64,000 nucleotides of DNA from positions 1,312,001 through 1,376,000 of the forward strand of contig OZ223209.1 of assembly GCA_965140415.1 (NCBI GenBank), in the 5' to 3' direction. Position numbers and translations under genes: made by a program. The notes beneath the pieces were generated by a model. The model was not told where the DNA came from, searched no databases, and saw nothing but the letters and a program-made list of their open reading frames with translations. Positions 8,272 through 19,100 of this stretch are shown here, piece by piece (the stretch's first letter is position 1; each line of letters opens with the position of its first letter). This DNA comes from Myxococcota bacterium (GTDB lineage Bacteria > Myxococcota_A > SURF-8).

Positions 8272-10779
8272 ATGATGGAACGCGTTTCTCCCATGTTTGT
8301 GACCCTGCGCGAAAAGCTACAGGGCCTGGCGGCCAGACCGCTGCTGCTGGTCGTTACCGGACTGATTGTCGGGCTTTGCCTGGCTCATGCCGAGATGGCC
8401 TGCTGGTGGCAGTTCGTTCCGGCGGGAATGCTGCTTGTTGTCCTTTGGCGCTCTCATAGTCGCTATCTATTCAGTATTACACTGCTATTTGTTGCCGCAA
8501 TGCTATTGGGTCTGCGGCTAATACCGCATAAGGCGGAGTCATCGATTCCACCGGATCACCTGTTGTACGAGTATGCCAACCGACCTATGCTGTTAACCGC
8601 CATCGTGCAAGAAGCTCCCGAACGGGGCGCGCGCGCCAGTCATCTGCTGCTAAAGGCGCAGAGCTGTCGTCTTCCGGAGAGTGGACGAGCAAAGCAAGCC
8701 TGTCAGGGGCTCGTGCTGCTTTACATTACGGATCGATCCATGCCGTGGCGAGCCGGGGATCGTGTACAGGCGCGCATCATGGCTCGACCCACCCGCGATG
8801 AAGGCATCCCGGGTGCTTTCGACTACGCCACCTATCTCAATCGGCGCGGTATCTATGCGACCGCGTATGTAAAGAGTAGTCGCAGCGTGCGCATCGTGAA
8901 CGGACCGGAGAATCCGGGATGGATCGTCCGTATCGAACGGATGCGCAGTGAGTTGGCTTATTGGTTGGAGCAGCAGGCTCCTCCGCAAACGGCGGAGGCG
9001 TTGAAGGCGCTGGTGTTAGGGATGCGCAAGGGGCTGGACGGGAGCGTGTCGCAGATTTTTCAGCAGGCCGGGACGGCGCATTTGCTGGCGATTTCAGGGA
9101 TGCACCTGGGAGTTTTGACGCTATGGATTTACCACCTGGTTGCGATTTTGTGGCGGCGTTCGGAAATGCTGCTGCATTACGTTCGTGCCGAGCAGGCGGC
9201 CAGCTTTGCCGCCCTGCCTGCCATGTGGCTATACGCCTGTATGGCCGGACTGCGGGTGGCGACCTTGCGTGCGGGACTGGTTATCAGTATCTATCTGTTG
9301 GGACGTTTGCTGTGGCGTCGCTCGGACGCCATTAACAGCTTGTGCATTGCGGCGCTGATTATACTGATCGCCACTCCTTACGCCCTGTTTGAAGTCGGGT
9401 TCCAGTTGAGCTTTCTTTCGGTGTTGGCCATCGTGCTGGCCGTGCGCCGCATTCAGGCCGCGTTACCGCTGGCGCTGCGCCGCATTCTTTTCGAGAAGCG
9501 CTGGCGGGGGCGCATAATCGACTACCTCCTGTTAGTGACCATCACCAGTCTGGTCTGTTTTCTGGCCACCGCACCGGTAATTGTTTCCTCTTTTCATCGC
9601 CTTTCGCTGGTAGGACCGCTGGTCAACGTACTGGTCGTGCCGGTTTTTGCGCTGGGGATTATTCCTTTATTGGGACTGGTGACCGGGTTCTGGCTATTGG
9701 GATTCGATCTGCTGGCCGGATGGCTGGTGTCAGTTCCAAGCAGGCTGTTTGACATCATGGTTGCATGGCAAGGGTGGCTGGTAAAGCCGAGCTTCAGCAG
9801 TTTGGCCCTGCCGGATCTGCCGGTGTGGATTTTGGGTTTGTATTGGTTGGGACTGTGGTTTCTATTGCAGTCCATCCCGCCGCTGCACGGGCAACGCGGA
9901 CAGCCGGAAAGTCGTTTATGGTCGGCTTGGAGTGGACGTAAAACCTTGGCCTGTGCAAGCCTGTTGTGTCTGTTGCTGGCGTTTCTGATGACAGTGTGGC
10001 GTTATTTCTATCCGCCGCCATGGCTGGAAGAATGGACCGCGCTGATTCCGCCCATGTCGCAAGGCAGCACCGTATTCGTTCATCAGGATGACGGCGGTGT
10101 GCAACTGGTGTCTCCTGGTAGGCTTTCGGAAAATCGCTCGGATCCGGTAAAACGGGTCATCGCTCCGGTGCTGTGGAATACAGGACAAAGTCGTGTAACG
10201 CGTTTGTGGCGCAGCACGTTTAATGATCAGGAGCAGGCGGCGCAGCAGGCGCTGGAGTCGCTGTTTTCTGTTGAAGAAGTAGAATTCCTTTGGCGGGCGG
10301 GGACATGCCGTCGGGATGGTCCCCTGCGGCGTTGTATGCTTAAGGAAGGTACACGGCAAAGCGTTGTCTGGCTGTTCGAGAAAGAGGGGGGACGTCGTTC
10401 TGCGCCACGGGCTCGGCTGTTAGATATGCCTGCCGGGAAGGGACGTTTGCTGATTGCAGTGCAGCCGCATCGGATGACAAAAACCGATTGGCAGCAATTG
10501 GCAGCCCGATTGCCGGATGCGCCACTGGCGGTCGTCTGCTTTGGACCGGGACGCGTGGAGACACTGGCCGCGATGGGGCAGGAGTTGAAGCCGGAGTCCG
10601 TGGTGTTGGCGATGAATCGGCGTCTGGCGCGTTATCTCTCGGATACAGACTGGCAACGCATGCGTGAGCAGCTACCCGGCATATTGCGCACGGATCGTCA
10701 CGGAACGGTGGTTCTGGATGCGGCTTTACAGGCAAACACATTGGCCAAGCCTTCCTCGTTCTCAAGAAATCCCGAATAA
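8272..10779 (+). CDS. comEC: ComEC/Rec2 DNA-uptake channel with a degenerate beta-lactamase-like domain
   Basis: OB-domain motif PGAFDYATYL, competence-domain motif GTAHLLAISGMHL, GFQLSF, and terminal RTDRHG. Confidence 0.92.
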   Translation: MMERVSPMFVTLREKLQGLAARPLLLVVTGLIVGLCLAHAEMACWWQFVPAGMLLVVLWRSHSRYLFSITLLFVAAMLLGLRLIPHKAESSIPPDHLLYEYANRPMLLTAIVQEAPERGARASHLLLKAQSCRLPESGRAKQACQGLVLLYITDRSMPWRAGDRVQARIMARPTRDEGIPGAFDYATYLNRRGIYATAYVKSSRSVRIVNGPENPGWIVRIERMRSELAYWLEQQAPPQTAEALKALVLGMRKGLDGSVSQIFQQAGTAHLLAISGMHLGVLTLWIYHLVAILWRRSEMLLHYVRAEQAASFAALPAMWLYACMAGLRVATLRAGLVISIYLLGRLLWRRSDAINSLCIAALIILIATPYALFEVGFQLSFLSVLAIVLAVRRIQAALPLALRRILFEKRWRGRIIDYLLLVTITSLVCFLATAPVIVSSFHRLSLVGPLVNVLVVPVFALGIIPLLGLVTGFWLLGFDLLAGWLVSVPSRLFDIMVAWQGWLVKPSFSSLALPDLPVWILGLYWLGLWFLLQSIPPLHGQRGQPESRLWSAWSGRKTLACASLLCLLLAFLMTVWRYFYPPPWLEEWTALIPPMSQGSTVFVHQDDGGVQLVSPGRLSENRSDPVKRVIAPVLWNTGQSRVTRLWRSTFNDQEQAAQQALESLFSVEEVEFLWRAGTCRRDGPLRRCMLKEGTRQSVVWLFEKEGGRRSAPRARLLDMPAGKGRLLIAVQPHRMTKTDWQQLAARLPDAPLAVVCFGPGRVETLAAMGQELKPESVVLAMNRRLARYLSDTDWQRMREQLPGILRTDRHGTVVLDAALQANTLAKPSSFSRNPE

Positions 10780-10985
10780 TGACGGCTAGATAGAGGTGCC
10801 TGTTCGCAGGTGAACCAATCAAGCAGCCGGTTGTTGCCTTATTCCTCCGCTTCTGTATATTGTCTGCCTAGGATTGCAGCCATGAAAATTCTTGCCATTT
10901 GTTGTCCGATCTGTAACAGTAGCGAATGGTCGGGCGGAAACACGACCGGGATAACACGTAAATATTGGGGCAGAACGAGGGCATC

Positions 10986-12500
10986 ATGGTCGATACGCTT
11001 TTGGGGACGGGATTACCGTTATTACTGTTGCTGGTGGCTTTCATCTTTCCGCTGCTTGGATTGTGGGCGGAAGGTATGGATCGGCGCGGGCGCAGGTTTC
11101 TGATCGCCGTTCTTTTGCTGGATTTGCTGGCGGTCGTGGTGGTAATGCTCTGGTCGAATCTTCACAGCGGCTTGATGATCGGGCTTTTTGCCGTGTGTCT
11201 GTCCTTGGCCGTGGTGCATCTGAGCCGATCGAAAACTCAACCGGAACAGCAGAGCCAGAAAGCGTTGGATGACAAGATCGACTATGCCGAGGCGACCCGC
11301 AACATCGCGCTGTTTTCCGTATTCAATAACCTGCACGATCTGGTGCTCGTGACCAATCTCGACGGTATGGTGGTGTTCATGAACATGGTGGCGATCCGGC
11401 GCTTCGGTGACGGCGTCGGCTTTCCCTGTCATGCCGTGCTGGGCTGCGATACCGAGCAATGCAAAACCTGTTCGGTACGTATGGAAGGCGAAGAACTACG
11501 CCTGCCGCAGAATCGTGAGATGGTGGTCAAAAACCGGCAATACGATTTTTCGATCACGCCGATTCGCAACGATTCGGAAGGGCGCTGCATCCAGATTGCC
11601 CGGGACATCACGGAAAAGAAACAGCTTGAAACACAGATTCTCATGAACGAGAAAATGGCGTCATTGGGGCAACTGGTGGCGGGTGTGGCCCACGAAATCA
11701 ATAACCCTGTGACGGTATTGACCAACAACCTCGAAATCTGGGAGATGCTGCAAGGGAATCTGTCCGAGCAACTGAATTCCATGGAAAAACTGCTTGGAGA
11801 GATTCGCAGCGAAGGTAAAACCGGGTTGTCCTCTCGCATTGATGAGCTATTGCCTAGCGGCGAAGAGAATCCCATTCGTGAAATGCAGGCCCAGCTTCCC
11901 GATATGGCGCAGGACATGTTGGATGCAATCGGGCGGGTGCGCATGATCGTGCGCGACCTGAAAGAATTTTCGCATCATGGCGGCGAGCAACCCTACGAGG
12001 AAAACCTGAACAAGTTGATCAAGCAGACTCTGCGCATCAGCCACCACGAACTCAAGCGCAACATAACCGTGGTCGAAGAATTGGACGAAAAGCTACCTCC
12101 CTTTATTGGCTATCCGCAACAGATCAAGCAGGTGTTGTTAAATCTGATCGTCAATGCGGCGCATGCGATGCAGGAAAAAGAACAAGGAGAGCTGTTGATT
12201 CGCACCGGTGCGGATAACGGACAGGTGTTTATTACCGTAGCGGACAACGGTTCCGGTATGCCCGAAGACGTGCGGGAGCATATCTTCGAGCCGTTTTTTA
12301 CCACGAAGGAAGTGGGCACCGGAACCGGCCTGGGGTTGTCGGTGGTTTACGGTATCATCCAGCGTCATGGCGGAGAAATCAAGGTGGAGAGCGAACCGGG
12401 CAAAGGGACGCGCTTTTACATTGTGCTCCCGCGTATCATTCCATCCGAGCGGGAACGCTTGATTGAAGAAAGCAAGCAGTTGATTGCCGAGCAGCAGTGA
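10986..12500 (+). CDS. Membrane PAS-domain sensor histidine kinase (NtrB/AtoS-like), no adjacent response regulator
   Basis: H-box [16 protein letters not shown]-box [33 protein letters not shown] at 10986 follows GAGGG; a TTG at 10965 is the alternative start. Confidence 0.93.
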   Translation: MVDTLLGTGLPLLLLLVAFIFPLLGLWAEGMDRRGRRFLIAVLLLDLLAVVVVMLWSNLHSGLMIGLFAVCLSLAVVHLSRSKTQPEQQSQKALDDKIDYAEATRNIALFSVFNNLHDLVLVTNLDGMVVFMNMVAIRRFGDGVGFPCHAVLGCDTEQCKTCSVRMEGEELRLPQNREMVVKNRQYDFSITPIRNDSEGRCIQIARDITEKKQLETQILMNEKMASLGQLVAGVAHEINNPVTVLTNNLEIWEMLQGNLSEQLNSMEKLLGEIRSEGKTGLSSRIDELLPSGEENPIREMQAQLPDMAQDMLDAIGRVRMIVRDLKEFSHHGGEQPYEENLNKLIKQTLRISHHELKRNITVVEELDEKLPPFIGYPQQIKQVLLNLIVNAAHAMQEKEQGELLIRTGADNGQVFITVADNGSGMPEDVREHIFEPFFTTKEVGTGTGLGLSVVYGIIQRHGGEIKVESEPGKGTRFYIVLPRIIPSERERLIEESKQLIAEQQ

Positions 12501-12630
12501 CAATACCCGTTGCTACAGGGTAGGGAATCTCCAAATCGTAGTGAATTCACAAAAAACGATAACAGGTGCGTTGCCGTCGCACCTGTGTACATGATAGTAT
12601 CGGAACAAATCCGAACCATGGGAGGCTGAT

Positions 12631-13866
12631 ATGTTTGATCATCTGTTAACCGACCGGGAACGCAACGTTCGTGATCGCGTTCGTACATTCCTAAAAGAAG
12701 ACGTTCCCCCGCAATTGATTCACGACATGGAAGCGGAGAAGATTCACTTTCCCAAGCAATACCTGGTGGCAGCGGCCAAACGCGGCCTGCTTGGCCTACG
12801 TTTCGATCCGAAATACGGTGGTGGCGGGCTGGACTGGCGTGCGGAAGTCTGTGCGCTGGAAGAACTTGGCACTTTGGGAGCGCCGCTCAGTTGCCTGTAT
12901 TCGCTGGTGAGCATCGTAGGCGAAGCCATCAACGTATTCGGTACCGAGCAGCAGAAAGAGAAATACCTGCTGCCGACATTGAAGGGTGAAAAATTTGTGG
13001 CCGAAGCGTTGACCGAGCCACGTGGCGGGTCGGACTTTTTCGGCGCAACGACTCGCGCTGTTGAAACCGAGGGTGGCTTTTTGTTGAACGGGCAGAAGCG
13101 TTTCATCGTCGGAGGGGAAGGCGCGGACTATTTCCTGGTTTACGCTCGCACGAACTTCGATGAGGACAAGAAACCGCATCAGCAGATTTCCGCATTATTG
13201 GTGGATCGCGACGATACCGTGCAGGTGGAGCACTTGTTCGGCTTGATGGGCGCCAAAGGTGGCGGAACGGCGCGCATCGCGTTTCACGATACCTTCGTAC
13301 CCAAGGAAAACGTGATTCTGGGTCTAAATCGCGGAGCGGAAGTGTTCAACCGCATGATGGTCCCGGAACGTATGACGACCTCTGCCGGTGCGGTGGGGCT
13401 TGGTCGGGCGGCTTTGGAAGTGGCAACGCGCTACAGCACCAAGCGGCGTGCCTTTGGCCAGACGATTCAGAAGTTCCAGGCGGTCAGTTTCCATATCGCC
13501 GAAGCGGTTGCCAAACTCGATGCTGCCCGCGCGCTGGTGTGGACTACGGCCATCTTGGCAGACAGCGGACAGGATCCGCGCCGTATGGTTTCCGAATCCA
13601 AGAAAATCTGCACCGAAGCCTCTTGGGAAGCCGTCAATCGTGCCATGCAGGTGATGGGCGGTATCGGTTATTGCGATGTTTACCCGGTGGAACGCCTGCT
13701 GCGTGATTCCCGCCTGATGATGATCTGGACCGGCACCAATGAAATCATGAACCTGTTGATCCAGCACGAATGGTACAAAGAGCACGGCAAGAATCCGGTA
13801 GCTGGCCGCGACGTTGAACCGGACGCTATCGGAGCCGAGCACGAAGAAGAAAAACACTTCGGCTAA
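12631..13866 (+). CDS. Acyl-CoA dehydrogenase
   Basis: ALTEPxGGSD, LNGQKRFI, RxAFGQxIxxFQ, QVMGGIGY, GTNEI. Confidence 0.95.
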   Translation: MFDHLLTDRERNVRDRVRTFLKEDVPPQLIHDMEAEKIHFPKQYLVAAAKRGLLGLRFDPKYGGGGLDWRAEVCALEELGTLGAPLSCLYSLVSIVGEAINVFGTEQQKEKYLLPTLKGEKFVAEALTEPRGGSDFFGATTRAVETEGGFLLNGQKRFIVGGEGADYFLVYARTNFDEDKKPHQQISALLVDRDDTVQVEHLFGLMGAKGGGTARIAFHDTFVPKENVILGLNRGAEVFNRMMVPERMTTSAGAVGLGRAALEVATRYSTKRRAFGQTIQKFQAVSFHIAEAVAKLDAARALVWTTAILADSGQDPRRMVSESKKICTEASWEAVNRAMQVMGGIGYCDVYPVERLLRDSRLMMIWTGTNEIMNLLIQHEWYKEHGKNPVAGRDVEPDAIGAEHEEEKHFG

Positions 13867-13891
13867 GCAAGTTTCATCGTTCAGCGATTTT

Positions 13892-13928
13892 AAGCGGAGT
13901 TCCAACTGTCTGGAACTCCGCTTTTTCT
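13892..13928 (+). terminator. Rho-independent terminator
   Basis: AAGCGGAGTTCCA-actgtc-TGGAACTCCGCTT followed by a T-run, between convergent genes. Confidence 0.85.
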
Positions 13929-13959
13929 GTGGTGGGTAGAAAAATGATGACTAAACTCA

Positions 13960-15597
13960 TTATCCCAAGCGTCTTTTTCTATCTCGCTGAAACAAACAGC
14001 TTAGCAGCATCGTAAGCAGCAAGACGGTTTCTGTTGACGTCGAGTTGTCGCCACTGTGCGAGCAGCCGCTACCGGAACCGGAGGGATTCGTTTCGCCATT
14101 ATTTCCAACCGGATACAACAGGTCGCCGTCTGTATCGGTTGGATATTCTGGGGTATTGGGATTCGACGTGGTGTTATCTCCATCTGCGGGATCTACTACG
14201 GAATTATCACCATCGATTTGGTCGCCGTCCGGTTGGGGTTTGTCGCCATCGGGGGATGATGTATCCCCGTCTGCGGGAAGTTCATCGCCATCCGTGATGC
14301 TGTCTCCATCCGTGACATCTACACACATACCACCTTTACAGACTTGCCCGTTGCCGCAATTCTGCAACCACACCCATTCACCGGAGGGATTGCAAATTTC
14401 CACCGAGTCGGTTCCATTGCAGCGAAACTCGTTGAACGTGCAGCCGCTATCTCCATCGATGACATCTCCATCTATGCTATCGCCATCGACCGGCGTGCCG
14501 CATTGGGAGGAAACTTCTCCTGGGCAGGTGTCCGTCCCTGTGCCACAGCCGTCCAGCCGCGTGTCCAAAGAGCCGCGCAGATCGGTGCCTTGCGGCCACC
14601 AGTTTTGGAGTTCGGTGCGATAGGAATCCACTTTGGCGATGTCGAAGTTCGTCGGAGGCGAACCCGGTTGATAGAAAATGGCGAATCCGGCTTTCAAGTG
14701 GCAGTTTTCCAATTCCGGCACACGCGGGCCGTTGGCGCGGATGATATCCTCGATGGGGAAATTGACGCGAGTTCCTTCATGCACCCATTCTCCGCCTGGC
14801 CGGTTGGGCATCGATGGGCAACCTTCCGTGGTTCCATCTACATCGACGTACCACATGTCGTCTACTTCATCTGCCGTGCGCAAGCCCATCAGGTATTGAT
14901 CGAGCTGGCTGTATTTACGGCTGGAACCGGTATCGGTGAATGTGCCGTCGCCGTTGTCGGTCAGGTTGCCACCGTACATCACCGAGCCGTGATTGTTGAA
15001 CCAGCAGGACCAATGACCGTTGGGACTGTCGCTTTCCCAGCCACGCAGGATGGGAATTGATCCGCGTCCGTCGTTGTGATCCACGGTGATCCAGGCCATC
15101 CATTGATGACCGATTTCATGAGCCAACAACTCAATTCCGGTGATTGGTGGCATGGTGTATAAGTCATTAGGATTATTAGGCAAGTCGGGTAGAGAACCCA
15201 TCTTTACGCATTGCCTCAGGCGACCGTCCGATCCGAATTGGCCGGGATTGAACAAACTGGTGCTCTCCAGTCCGATGCCTTCGGCGGCGATTTGCACGGG
15301 AAAACCCATTTTGACATCGAACAACGCACCCAGAATCTTCGGAGTGAAGAAAACCAGGATATCGTAATTGTCGGGATGAGCAGTGTAGAAGGCTTGCGCG
15401 GCGTGATTGACGCAGAGTCCCTGCGCGAAAAGCATGTTATCGCACATGCCGCTTTCAGGCAGAATGTTGCCGTGGATATCTTCGATAATGGCGATCTGAC
15501 CGACGTCGTAATTGCCTTGGGCGTTGGCGTTGGTAGAAACAACGCAGAGCATACCGGCAACGATAGCCAGAATAATCAGCAGGGTATGATTTCGCAT
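13960..15597 (-). CDS. Secreted zinc metallopeptidase-like protein with DGD tract and MYXO-CTERM-like tail
   Basis: Signal peptide (MRNHTLL...ANA), ELLAHEIGHQW (HExxH), GHWS, YSQLDQYLMG; ends GSGC...hydrophobic stretch...RDRKRRLG. Confidence 0.8.
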   Translation of the reverse strand: MRNHTLLIILAIVAGMLCVVSTNANAQGNYDVGQIAIIEDIHGNILPESGMCDNMLFAQGLCVNHAAQAFYTAHPDNYDILVFFTPKILGALFDVKMGFPVQIAAEGIGLESTSLFNPGQFGSDGRLRQCVKMGSLPDLPNNPNDLYTMPPITGIELLAHEIGHQWMAWITVDHNDGRGSIPILRGWESDSPNGHWSCWFNNHGSVMYGGNLTDNGDGTFTDTGSSRKYSQLDQYLMGLRTADEVDDMWYVDVDGTTEGCPSMPNRPGGEWVHEGTRVNFPIEDIIRANGPRVPELENCHLKAGFAIFYQPGSPPTNFDIAKVDSYRTELQNWWPQGTDLRGSLDTRLDGCGTGTDTCPGEVSSQCGTPVDGDSIDGDVIDGDSGCTFNEFRCNGTDSVEICNPSGEWVWLQNCGNGQVCKGGMCVDVTDGDSITDGDELPADGDTSSPDGDKPQPDGDQIDGDNSVVDPADGDNTTSNPNTPEYPTDTDGDLLYPVGNNGETNPSGSGSGCSHSGDNSTSTETVLLLTMLLSCLFQRDRKRRLG

Positions 15598-16162
15598 ATT
15601 GGTTACCTTCGAGAATGGATCGATTTTACGCACGTGTCAGTTCTGCATACAATTCATTTCACTCTAAAAGCGGTAAAATGTCAAGAGTTGCCGTTTTGCC
15701 GGGAAAACCGAGAAAGTAATTCAGAAAGTTAAACAAGCGCCGATTAATGCTTAAGAGTGGCTTGTTTGCCCATTTGCTTGGCTGAATACTTTTGTGGTAG
15801 TGCTTTGTAACCTGGTTAAATAAAAACTGGATACGGCAATATGGGAATACTTCTTTTCATGGTTTTCTCATACATAATATCCTTCTATTTTTACCTCCGA
15901 AGCGCCTGCTGGTTGTGCCTCAAAAATGCATAGTAATTACAGTGTGGTAAACTTTGATTAGCCCTAAAAGCAAAATGAATGAAGACACAAGAAAATTTCA
16001 TCAATGTGGAATTACTGTTATTTGGTAAATTTTCTCGTGACAATTTGCCTGTTTGCTGATATGCCTATAGTGTCTTTTGGGATTGGATAACGCAGTAATA
16101 AATAAACCGGCGCAAGCCGAAAAAGTACGCTACGCAGAATTGCATAAATCAAGGAGGGAGAC

Positions 16163-19100
16163 ATGCGGTTGGGAAAACGAATGGTATGGGTTTTCTTGGT
16201 GTTGGCGCTGGTTTGTTTGTCCGCGCCGTTATGGGCGGCAACGAAAACGACCACTATCACGGTCGATTATGCCATTGATTATCCGGATCCAGATTGCGTC
16301 TGTTCTCACGGGTATTCAGATCCTCCTGTTTGGGGTGGTAGTGCGGGTCTGGCTCAATACTTTAATGATCCTCTTCCGAGCTCTGCGAAAGTTCTCAGTT
16401 TCGAAGCGACAGCGTATGGAACGACTTGTGGCAGCAATGTAAATGTTACGATCGAGATTCAAGGGACCAGCATCGGTTCGCTCACAATGACAGGAGCCTG
16501 TGATTGTGCAGATTGCTATAATGAAATTGTAACTTCCTCCACCTATACGGATTTTCCTGGTTACAACCACGGCGGCCAGAACAGCTTCCAGTTTACAAGC
16601 TTCAGTGGTGAATTTTACCCTTCTTACGTAGAACTGGAAATTACGTACAACGACGAATGCGGAAACGGAACGCTTGAAGCCGGTGAAGAATGCGACGACA
16701 ACGGTAACGACGACGGCGACGGCTGTGCAGCCGACTGCACAGTGGAAAGCGGCTGGCTCTGCAACAACACGCCCATGCCGACGGTTTGCATCGATTACGA
16801 TGAATGTCTGGGTCAAAATGGCGGTCACAATTGCGATACCAACGCCACCTGCACCAATACGCCGGGTAGCTTTACCTGCGCCTGCGATGCGGGTTATTAC
16901 GGTGACGGTACCAGTTGCACCGCTTGTCCTGTTGGAACGTATAACGCGTTGACCGGCCAGACATCCGTTGCTGCCTGTTTGGATTGTGCCGCCGGTTACT
17001 ATGCCGATTCTACCGGGCAAACGGAATGCTCCGCCTGTCCGGAAGGCAGCTATGCTTCAGGCACCGGAAACGATTCTTGCACCCTTTGCGCAACCGGAAC
17101 CTATAATGGTTCAACAGGGCAGAGTTCCTGTACAGTTTGTCCAACTGGAGAATATGCGGATTCAACCGGAAGTACGGCCTGCACGAACTGTCCTGCAGGA
17201 ACCTATAACGCACTTACCGGGCAGACATCCATTACTGCTTGCTTGGATTGTGCGACGGGATATTTTGGTAGTTCTGCTGGACTGGCTTCCTGCACCGCTT
17301 GCCCGAGCGGCACCTATGCTGCAAGTACGGGAAGCACGGCCTGTGATGACTGCGCTGCGGGAACCTACAACAATATACCCGCGCAAGCATCTTGTGTCGT
17401 TTGTCCGATGGGATCTTACCAGGCCAATACCGGCCAGACGGCTTGCACCGACTGTCTGGCAGGCAGCTATGCCGATTCTACCGGAAGCACTTCCTGTGAT
17501 GACTGCCCTGTGGGGTCATATACCGACTCAGCAGGCCAGAGCGAATGTATTCCCTGTTCGGTTGGATATTTCGCTTCCAGCAGCGGCGGCACCTCCTGTA
17601 CGGCTTGTCCGACCGGCACCTATGCTGATAGTACGGGAAGCATGGCCTGTGATGATTGTCCCGCCGGAACCTACAACGATCAGACGGCGCAGAGTTCGTG
17701 CACGAATTGTCCCGCCGGATACTACAACCCAAGCACGGGTGAGGCCAGTTGTACCGAATGTCCGTTCGGTTTCAATTCGGATGAAGGCGCCACAACCTGT
17801 TACAACGTATGCGGCGACGGTAACGTCGTTACGGGCGAAGAGTGCGATGATGACGACACCGACGACGGAGACGGGTGCTCCTCCACCTGTACGGTGGAAG
17901 ATGGCTACGCTTGCGATGCGAATCAGCCCTCCAACTGCGCGGATATCAATGAGTGTACGGAAAACACGGACAACTGTGACGATAACGCCACCTGCACCAA
18001 CACGGTGGGAAGCTTCACCTGTGCATGTGATACCGGGTTCTACGGGGATGGCGTAACTTGCACGGCCTGTCCGGCGGGAACCTACAATGCTTTAACCGGT
18101 CAAACTACGTCGGATGCCTGTGTGGCTTGCGACGCCGGAACCTTTGCCAGCGGTACAGGAAATACTACTTGTATCGCCTGTGCAGCGGGTTCCTATACCG
18201 ACTCTACGGGTCAGGCTTCCTGCGTGGCTTGCGACGCCGGAACCTTCGCCAGCGGCACGGGAAATACGTCTTGTACTGACTGCGCGGCGGGTTCCTATAC
18301 TGACGCTACAGGTCAAGCTTCCTGCGTGGCTTGCGACGCCGGAACCTTTGCTAGCGGCACGGGAAATACGTCTTGTACTGACTGCGCGGCGGGTTCCTAT
18401 ACTGACGCTACAGGTCAGGCTTCCTGCGTGGCTTGTGACGCCGGAACTTATGCCAGCGGCACAGGAAATACCTCCTGCACCGACTGCGCCGCGGGTTCCT
18501 ATACCGACTCTACGGGTCAGGCTTCCTGCGTGGCTTGCGATGCCGGAACCTTCGCCAGTGGAACCGGGAATACTTCCTGCACCGACTGCCCGGTGGGTAG
18601 CTATGCCGAATTGACGGGTCAGACTTCCTGCTCCCTTTGTGCGGCTGGAACATACAATGATCAGACAGGCCAGGTCTCCTGCACCGAATGTGCTGAGGGT
18701 CGCTATACTGCCTTGCCTGGCCAAATTTATTGTCTTGCTTGTGACGCCGGTACCTTTGCCAGCGGCACAGGAAATACGTCTTGCACCGACTGCGCCGCGG
18801 GTTCCTATACTGACGCTACAGGTCAGGCTTCCTGCGTGGTTTGCGATGCCGGAACCTTCGCCAGCGGCACAGGAAATACCTCCTGCACCGACTGCGCCGC
18901 GGGTAGCTATACCGACGCTACAGGTCAGGCTTCCTGCGTGGCTTGCGACGCCGGAACCTTTGCCAGCGGCACAGGAAATACGTCTTGCACCGACTGCCCG
19001 GTGGGTAGCTATGCCGAATTGACGGGTCAGGCTTCCTGCGTGGTTTGCGATGCCGGAACCTTCGCCAGTGGAACCGGGAATACGTCTTGTACCGATTGCG

